NCBI GenBank assembly: GCA_951406725.2
Contig: OX597834.1
Span: 7,068,001-7,132,000, forward strand
Length of the DNA: 64,000 nucleotides
Direction: 5' to 3'
Source of the DNA: Octopus vulgaris
Taxonomy: Eukaryota
Below, in pieces: positions 54,996-64,000 of this stretch. How positions within the stretch are numbered: position 1 is the first letter of the stretch; every line of letters starts with the position of its first letter. The position numbers and the translations under genes were made by a program. The notes beneath the pieces were generated by a model that saw only the letters and a program-made list of their open reading frames with translations, was not told where the DNA came from and did no database searches.

Positions 54996-55471
54996 AGAAT
55001 GTTGATAGTCGTTCAAATTTTGGCACAGGATCTGCTAAGCAAATACATTAAAACGGTACACCTATTAAAGATACACAAACCACTATAATGAGCATTATAT
55101 GAACCAAATGAACTCTAGCTATACATTAACTAGAGGGCATTGAGATCAAAATACTTATAAATTAGGATGCAATCCGCTTTACTACATAAACACTAAAATT
55201 TCAACCCTTATTATTTATAACAACCTACAGATACGTAGACCCATGAACAAGCTTTTGATGATGAGAATGATGTATAAATTCGATTACAAATGTGAAGACT
55301 GAAAACTTGATATCCAACTCAGAGGCGTGGTCAGGGTCTAGAGTTAGTGGGGACGAGTACATAAAAAGGAGGGCACCGTGACACATAACAAACAAATTTT
55401 TTTATCTCATTTCTCTTATTTTACACCAAATATTTCATTAGTTATGATATAAGTAATTGATACATTCTAAT

Positions 55472-56140
55472 AAGGTATATTTGGCATTTATGGACCTAGA
55501 GAAGGCATATGACCGTGTGGATAGGGATGTAGCAGGTGTCGCGGTTGTATGGAGTAGATGGTAGATTGTTGAGAACTGTTCAGAGTCTTTATAGAGAAAG
55601 TAAGGTGTGCGTTAGGGGGTGGGTGATGAAGTAAGTGAGTGAGTGAATTGATGCGAAGGTGGGGGGCTAAGACAGGGTTATGTGATGGCTCCGTGGTTGT
55701 TTAATTTATATATGGATGGTGTGGTGAGAGAGGTAAATGCTAGAACCTTTGGTAGGGGAGCCCAAATGGTGGGAGAAAATGGAGGGAAATGGCAGTTGTT
55801 GTTTGCTGATGATACAGCACTGGTGGCAGATTCAGAAGAGTAGCTGAGGAGACTGGTGGTGGAGTTCGGAAGCCTGAGGAGACTGGTGGAGTTTGGAAGA
55901 GTGTATGAGAGGAGGAAACTGAAAGTGAAAGTAGATAAGAGTAAAGTGATGAGATGTTTGAGAGATGGAATGACTCGGAGGATGGATGTGAGTATAAATG
56001 GTGAGATGTTAGAGGAGGTGAGTGTTTTTTTAAGTATCTCAGATCACACGTGACGGCGGCTGGGTGGTGGTGGTGGCTGAGGAAGTGGGATACAGAGCAA
56101 GGGAGTGGAGTAAGATACTTGGAGTTGTGAAGAAAGGTCT
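55472..56140 (+). pseudogene. RTE-like LINE reverse transcriptase fragment
   Basis: KVYLAFMDLEKAYDRV, GLRQGYVMAPWLFNLYMD, LLFADD, KLKVKVDKSKVM; frameshifted. Confidence 0.9.
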
Positions 56141-56542
56141 GGTGGGAGGCCCAAACATCCGAGTTCTTTCACAAGGCTTAGAAAAACTGAAGGACAGCTA
56201 CAATAAGTGTGTGAATCTCGGGTGGGAAATATGTTGAATAAAATCATAAATAACTGATCCTCCTATATTTTATTTTACCCAAAGTCAGGGACTTTTCAGC
56301 ACCCCACCCCTCATATGGTCAACACTTTTTGTCAACACAGGTTGTTTTTAAATTTTAAACATCCCTGATAGGGACTTTTCCATTCTAACCGTTTGGTTAA
56401 TCTCGAGTCACCAAAGATTTTTCCACTCACTGTATTACATATGAGAAACTATCTATTTAGAGACTTTATGCATTTAGTATTGGGATCACGCCCCTGCGTT
56501 ATCTTACAGATATTTTGATATTATATATATATATATATCCCC

Positions 56543-56832
56543 GTGACCGTGACCGACCAGGCTATCAGATGTTGCTACACATCGCTGGTCGCAATGCGCT
56601 TCGCATTATTTTAGCCTTCAAATGATGCCACCCCGCTGGCTAAGCGAGCAGGACAACAGAAGAAAGAGTGAGAGAAAGTTGTGACGAAAGAGTACAGCAG
56701 GGATCACCACCACCCCCTGCCAGAGCCTCGTAGAGCTTTAGGTGTTTTTGCTCAATAAACACTCACAACGCCCGGTCTGGGAATCGAAACCGTGAGTCAT
56801 CTGTCCTAACCACTGGGCCATTGCGCCTCCAC
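56543..56832 (-). mobile_element. SINE-C with tail type 4, in (TA)n
   Basis: Head GTGGAGGCGCAATGGCCCAGTGG; tail shared with 33230-33335. Confidence 0.85.
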
Positions 56833-56854
56833 ATATATATATATATATCCATAG

Positions 56855-57280
56855 TGGCGGCGATCTGATAGAATAGCTAGCAAGCTAGAAAAATGTTTAG
56901 CGGCATTTCGTCCGTCTTTATTTTCCGAGTTCAAATCCTGCCGTGGTCAGCTTTGCATTTCAACCTTTCGGGGTCGATAAAATAAGTACTAGCTGCGTAT
57001 AGTTGTCAATGTATTTGACTTACACCCTATCCCGATAGTGCTGGCCTTGTACCAAAATTTGAAACCAATATACATGGAGTTTAAGGCGGTGAGCTGTTAG
57101 AATCGTTAGAATGCCGAGAAAATTGCTTAGCGGAATTTCGCCCGTCTTTAGGTTCTGAGTCGACTTGTCTTAGATCTTTTCGGGGTCGATAAAATAAATA
57201 GCAGTTGAGTACTGGGGTCGATGCAATCGATTTACCCCTTTCCAAGTTCCTGACATTGTGTCAGAATCTGAAACCGACAT
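56855..57280 (+). mobile_element. Two diverged tandem SINE-B copies
   Basis: Heads at ~56855 and ~57083; CTTT(T)CGGGGTCGATAAAATAA cores. Confidence 0.75.
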
Positions 57281-57947
57281 TATAATTATGCATGTACTGA
57301 AATAATAGATACTGAAAATATAATTTAAGAAATAAAATGTGTGTGCGGGGGGATTGAATTTCCGCCATTACTGTTTCATTTCATAAATATATAATTTTCT
57401 GATGTTTGAACCATGGCCGGATTAATTTTCATTATTTATTCACATAAAAGATAAAACAAATGGAGATCAAACGTATTGGAAGTCGTTATCAAAGAAAATA
57501 TGTAACAGCCGATCACTGTCGTCAGACAGTGAAATGTGAATAACCGAGAAACATAAGCAGGCATCCTTTGTGAAGAAATTGAAGTGCAGAAGGTTGAAAG
57601 AAACTCGAAGCGCAAAACTGTGAAACAACCGGCGTCATATCCCGTTGTACTCATCCGAGAAGAACTTATGGATATATTTGACGCCGCACAAAATTAGCCA
57701 ATCTCTTTGACAAGTGATAAAGAAGAGAAATGAAAATAATCAAAGAAAGTATTCGGTATTAAAATAAATCGATGAGCCTGTATTGTGTGGTAGAACCCCC
57801 AAAATTATTTCTTTATATATGAAATGAATATCCGCAGTTGCCTAGTTGAGACACATCCGAGTTCAAATATCAATGTTTCGAATGAAATCCTGGAATCTGT
57901 CCACAAATGTTCAATTTAGATTGGCGCGCCTTGTAGCCTCGTTGTTA

Positions 57948-58163
57948 ACTCTCTTTACTCTCTTTTACTTGTTTCAGTCATTTGACTGCGGCCGTGCTGG
58001 AGCACCGCCTTTAGTCGAGCAAATCGACCCCGGGACTTATTCTTTGTAAGCCCAGTACTTATTCTATCGGTCTCTTTTGCCGAACCGCTAAGTGACGGGG
58101 ACGTAAACACACCAGCATCGGTTGTCAAGCAATGCTAGGGGACAAACACAGACACACAAACAC

Positions 58164-58196
<33 letters not shown>

Positions 58197-58378
58197 CATA
58201 TATACACATATATACGACGGGCTTCTTTCAGTTTCCGTCTACCAAATCCACTCACAAGGCATTGGTCGGCCCGGGGCTATAGCAGAAGACACTTGCCCAA
58301 GATGCCACGCAGTGGGACTGAACCCGGAACCATGTGGTTGGTTAGCAAGCTACTTACCACACAGCCACTCCTGCGCCT
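57948..58378 (-). mobile_element. SINE-A full length
   Basis: Family match. Confidence 0.92.
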
Positions 58379-58632
58379 GATGAGATGAGCTCATAAATGA
58401 TATTGAGACAGAAAGTCACTCATTCGATCTCTTGTTCATTGTTATCTCGCGTACTTGGTTGCCTCTTACTTTCAGTCAAACGTAAAAGGTAACCAAGAAG
58501 AAATTAAGCGACTGAGAAGTCTGTCGAAATGGATTCATTTATGCCATTTATGGAATTTGGGATAAAGTTTAAATTTCCTGATCGTTTTGGCATCGAGTAT
58601 TTTCCATTTTTCTGTCTTTCTATGGATATTTG

Positions 58633-59042
58633 GGATCTTTTCGGTTTGAACGGCAGTTTTTAACATAATTTCTAGGTAACTAAAAAATGTTAAACTTCGT
58701 ATACTGGTAGAATGTGTTTATAAAACATCTTTTACTCTTGGCTTTATTGAGAAAATTCTATAGTTTGTAAGATATTTGTTGTTGTTTTTTTCTTCAATTT
58801 CAACCAATCAGTGACGTCTATTGAGTTAAAAAGCATTCTGTGCCGTATGAATAAATCCCTCGTTTAAGAAACAGATTGTGTATATTTACATTTGTGAAGA
58901 AAAAAAGATACCCTTCTCCCCACCCCTAACCCTAAACCTAAAACAGATACAAATGCAATAGATCAATTCTAGGATCATAATTATGGGTGACAATTTCATA
59001 TGACACCGCTAGAAAAAACTGCCGTTCAAACCGAAAAGATCC
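58633..59042. mobile_element. MITE with perfect ~29-bp TIRs (possibly Mutator-like)
   Basis: GGATCTTTTCGGTTTGAACGGCAGTTTTT / AAAAACTGCCGTTCAAACCGAAAAGATCC; imperfect 9-bp flanks GGATATTTG / GGATAATTT. Confidence 0.8.
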
Positions 59043-59136
59043 GGATAATTTTTATACGTGTTATTTCTTTGTTGTTTCATAATAAATTTTGTTTCGGTTG
59101 TGTTTGATTTTGATGCCTTATGATAGAAACTGATAA

Positions 59137-59590
59137 GGCAGCGAGCTGGCAGAAACGTTAGCGCGCCGGGCGAAATGCTAATGCTTTGCGGTATTTCGTC
59201 TGTCGCTACGTTGTGAGTTCAAATTCCGCCAAGGTCGACTTTGCCTTTCATCCTTTCGGGGTCGATAAATTAAGTACCAGTTACGCACTGGAGTCGATAG
59301 ATTAAGTACCAGTTACGCACTGGGGTTGATGTAATCGACTTAATCCGTTTGTCTGTCCTTGTTTGTTTCCTCTGTGTTTAGCTCCTTGTAGGTAATAAAG
59401 AAATAGGTATTTCGTCTGTCGTTACGTTCTGAGTTCAAATTCCGCCGAGGTCGACTTTGCCTTTCATCCTTTCGAGGACGATAAATAAAGTACCAGTTTT
59501 GCACTGGGGGTCGATGTAATCGACTTAATCCCTTTGTCTGTCCTTGTTTGTCCCCTCTACGTTTAGCTCCTTGTGGGTAGTAAAGAAATA
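59137..59590 (+). mobile_element. SINE-B dimer
   Basis: One head, two body units; flanking duplication TATG(A/T)TAGAAACTGAT. Confidence 0.88.
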
Positions 59591-60306
59591 TATGTTAGAA
59601 ACTGATTCAAGCTTATATAGCGTTGACAGTTTCTGATGCGTGACTGAGTTTGTCAACACTTGCTAACGTCGTTGAAGCAGAGGACGAAGTTACAGTAAAT
59701 AAAATGCGATTTTTAGGGTAAAAATTATTTCATGGTTTGCTAATGATTTGCAACAAATTACAGGATTCTGCCTACAACTTGGCTATACGGGAATCCTCAA
59801 TGAGCCTTATTAAGTGTGCTGAGCCTACTGAGATGGAGTAACAGCACACTTTTGAACAGCCTGGTGCTAAAGAAAAACCTATTCTGACAAATAAATTTTT
59901 ACAATATAAGAACTCGATGTTTTTTTGGGGGTATTTTTGAATACGAAAATGCAAAACAGAAATTAATGGATGGAAATCACGTTATCGACCATGCAGCAAA
60001 AACAAAAACTTGAGATATACTGAATGTAATTAGATCCTGCTAAAAAAATATGACAAACATTTTTTTTTTAATCTTCAAAACAAACCTCCTGTTTTAAATT
60101 AATTTGCCAATAAATGAAGCTTTGTTCAATAAATTTATGTTCATGCTTGTGGATTTTAATAAAATTTTCAAATCTGAAACTGAATTTAAAACGGTGGCAA
60201 TATTTAACAATTTTGATTGTTAAGTAGTTACCGCTTATCATTGATCAGTTATGTCACGATATTCTGCTGACATTAGCAACGTTAAGCAATGTCATCAGTT
60301 ATACAT

Positions 60307-60841
60307 GGAAGCACTCCGTCGGTTACGACGACGAGGGTTCCGGTTGATCCGAATCAACGGAACAGCCTGCTCGTGAAATTAACGTGTAAGTGGCTGAGCA
60401 CTCCACAGACACGTGTACCCTTAACGTAGTTCTCGGGGATATTCAGCATGACACAGAGAGTGACAAGGCCGGCCCTTTGAAATACAGGTACAACAGAAAC
60501 AGGAAGTAAGAGTGAGAGAAAGTTGTGGTGAAAGAGTACAGCAGGGATCACCACCATCCCCTGCCGGAGCCTCGTGGAGCTTTAGGTGTTTTCGCTCAAT
60601 AAACACTCACAACGCCCGGTCTGGGAATCGAAACCGCGAAATACAGGTACAACAGAAACAGGAAGTAAGAGTGAGAGAAAGTTGTGGTGAAAGAGCACAG
60701 CAGGGATCACCACCATCCCCTGCCGGAGCCTCGTGGAGCTTTTAGGTGTTTTCGCTCAATAAACACTCACAACGCCCGGTCTGGGAATCGAAACCGCGAT
60801 CCTATGATCCGCTGCCCTAACCACTGGGCCATTGTGCCTCC
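60307..60841 (-). mobile_element. SINE-C tail type 1 with internal ~160-bp tandem duplication, 14-bp TSD
   Basis: TSD CATCAGTTATACAT 60293-60306 and 60842-60855. Confidence 0.92.
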
Positions 60842-61065
60842 CATCAGTTATACATTTCCTTGTTCGTGTGATTTTCCACCCTGTAATGTTCGACTTGGAG
60901 CTATTAATCGCTATTAACGAGACCTTCATGTAACATTGTATTTTCTTGAGCTTGCGAGGGAGCTTCAACGTGGTTACTTGTACTGCATGAAACATTAGTC
61001 AAATTTTCCTCACGTACAACAGTTTTCAAGGTATTGGACAAACAACGCAATATATTGATTTCATA

Positions 61066-61298
61066 AGGCGGCGAGCTGGCAGAATTGTTAGCACGCCAGG
61101 CGAAATTCTTAGCGGTATTTCGTCTGCTGCTACGTTCTGAGTTCAAATTCCGCCGAGGTCGACTTTGCCTTTCATCCTTTCGGGGTCGATTAAATAAGTA
61201 CCAGTTACGCACTGGGGTCGATATAATTGACTTAATCCCTTTGTCTGTCCTTGTTTGTTCCCTCTGTGTTTAGCCCCTTGTGGGTAGTAAAGAAATAG
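61066..61298 (+). mobile_element. SINE-B monomer
   Basis: Family match. Confidence 0.9.
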
Positions 61299-61499
61299 CT
61301 TTTGGACAAACAGATGCAGAATATATTGGATTCGATTGTCTATGGCCAGTCCACTGCAGGGTAGAGACCTCTGCGTGTTCTGTTCACCGACTACGGTCTC
61401 ATGTGGGAGGCCGTAAATTTCAGCTTGAAACCATACTCAATTGATGGGGCTACGCTGTCACACTGGCACAACATGACTTGACAGAAGGCCGTAGTTTTT

Positions 61500-62282
61500 A
61501 TACTCTTATCCAGGAGTAAAGTCGATTGCATCGGCTCCGGGACTCAACTGGTACTCATTTTATCAACCTCGAAAAGATGAAAAGTAAAGACAACCTCGGA
61601 GGAATATGAACTCAGAACATAAAGATGGACAAACATAAAGACGGACAAAATACTGCCAAGCATTTCGCCCAGCATACTAACGATTCTGTCAGCTTGCCGT
61701 CTACTGAAAATATTTTATTTATGCGCACTTTTCAAGCCTAGCCAGACTCATAGGCCTGGTTTCCCGGTTTCTATGACGTATGTGTTCCCCCCAGCTGGTC
61801 GGGATGCCAGTCCATCGCAGCGTTACTCAAGAAACAGGAAGAAAGAGTGAGAGAAAGTTGGGGCAAAAGAGTACAACAGGGATCGCCACTCCCACCCCCC
61901 TGCCAGAGCCTCGTGGAGCTTTATGTATTTACGTTCAATAAACACACACAACGCCCGGTCTGGGAATTGAAACCGCGATCCTCCGACTGCGAGTCCGCTG
62001 CTCTAATCACTGGACCATTGCACCTCCACAAATGCGTCCTTTTAAAGCCTAGCCAGGCTCATGGGCCCGGTTTCCCAGTTTCTATGCTGTATGTATTCTC
62101 CAGCTGGACAGGACGCCAGTCCATCGCAGCGTTACTCATTTTTGCAAGCTGAGTGGACTGAAGTAACGTGAAATGAAGTGTTTTGCTCAAGAACACAACG
62201 CGTCGCCCGGTCCAGGAATTGAAACCACAATCTTACAATCATGATGCTGACACCCTAACCACTAAGCCACGTGCCTCTACAC
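61500..62282 (-). mobile_element. SINE cluster: diverged SINE-B (61500-61700), SINE-C tail 3 (61712-62030), SINE-D tail 3 (62030-62282)
   Basis: Family matches; tail 3 duplicated under different heads. Confidence 0.8.
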
Positions 62283-62856
62283 TGAAAATATGGTATTTTT
62301 TTTTTTAAAAAAGGGGATAGTCAGCCATAGTTCTGATAGAAAAGATATATTTGGCGCACGACATCTTTCTCACATGATAACCACATCAACGAATATTAGG
62401 AAAATAAGTTCTAAATTTCCTTTAATAATCATACCTTACAAGGTGTGTAAAATGCTCATCCACTGTCAAACAAGTTATGCAAATATCTAAAAACTAGAAA
62501 ATGAAAAGAACTAAGAAAATGCAGATTTTGGGGAAAAAATATATATATAACACTGACAACAACAATAACAACACCAACAACGATAAACCAGGTAGTGACG
62601 ATGGCATGAGGTCCATAGAGTATACATCTAAAAATAAACGCTTCAAACATAAATACACATTTTGTAAACATGTCAGAAAAATTGTAAAAATCCTGCCATT
62701 CAACACCCACGGCATTAAAGAATCTTTAAGGCTCTAGAATATTTATGGTGCCATAATTCAAGAAACAATTTTACTACCGAAGCACAGAACACCAAACATT
62801 ATGAATTACACGACGGGAAAAAGTTTATAACACAGATAAGCAAAATTGTATCTTAA

Positions 62857-64000
<1,144 letters not shown>

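Noticed and set aside
57557-57697. Short open frame AGILCEEIE...DAAQN*
   Set aside because: No start or clear splice sites; no recognisable domain
58378-58400. CTGATGAG at SINE junction
   Set aside because: No downstream GAAA or stems
59764-59841. Plus-strand ttacag acceptor followed by a 25-codon frame
   Set aside because: Isolated, with poor pyrimidine tract and no supporting exons

Overview
AT-rich, extremely repeat-dense eukaryotic DNA. The SINE and microsatellite landscape suggests an octopus/cephalopod genome (inference, not database-checked). Almost all ORFs in the supplied track are artefacts of (TA)n, (TG/TATG)n, (ATT)n and (CAT)n tracts. Recognisable elements: a decayed Penelope-like retroelement (PLE; RT plus GIY-YIG, ~35.8-38.0 kb, minus), a second PLE 3' end (6.76 to 3.3 kb), an RTE-type LINE fragment, two mariner relics, three non-autonomous Helitrons, several MITEs, at least four tRNA-derived SINE families with swappable heads and tails, and a ~560-bp (ATT)n-associated repeat. 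Main discovery: about 20 type I hammerhead-ribozyme-like motifs from at least 7 (up to 9) different short element families, mostly inserted in (TA)n and often built as fold-back inverted repeats. Several families have non-canonical cores (G3-C8 swap, U/C at position 6, C4, possibly U3-A8), and one is a tRNA-headed SINE carrying a PLE-type hammerhead tail. All folds were read by eye and none is experimentally validated. A weak two-exon candidate for a membrane-protein C-terminus lies on the minus strand at 11.7-12.6 kb.
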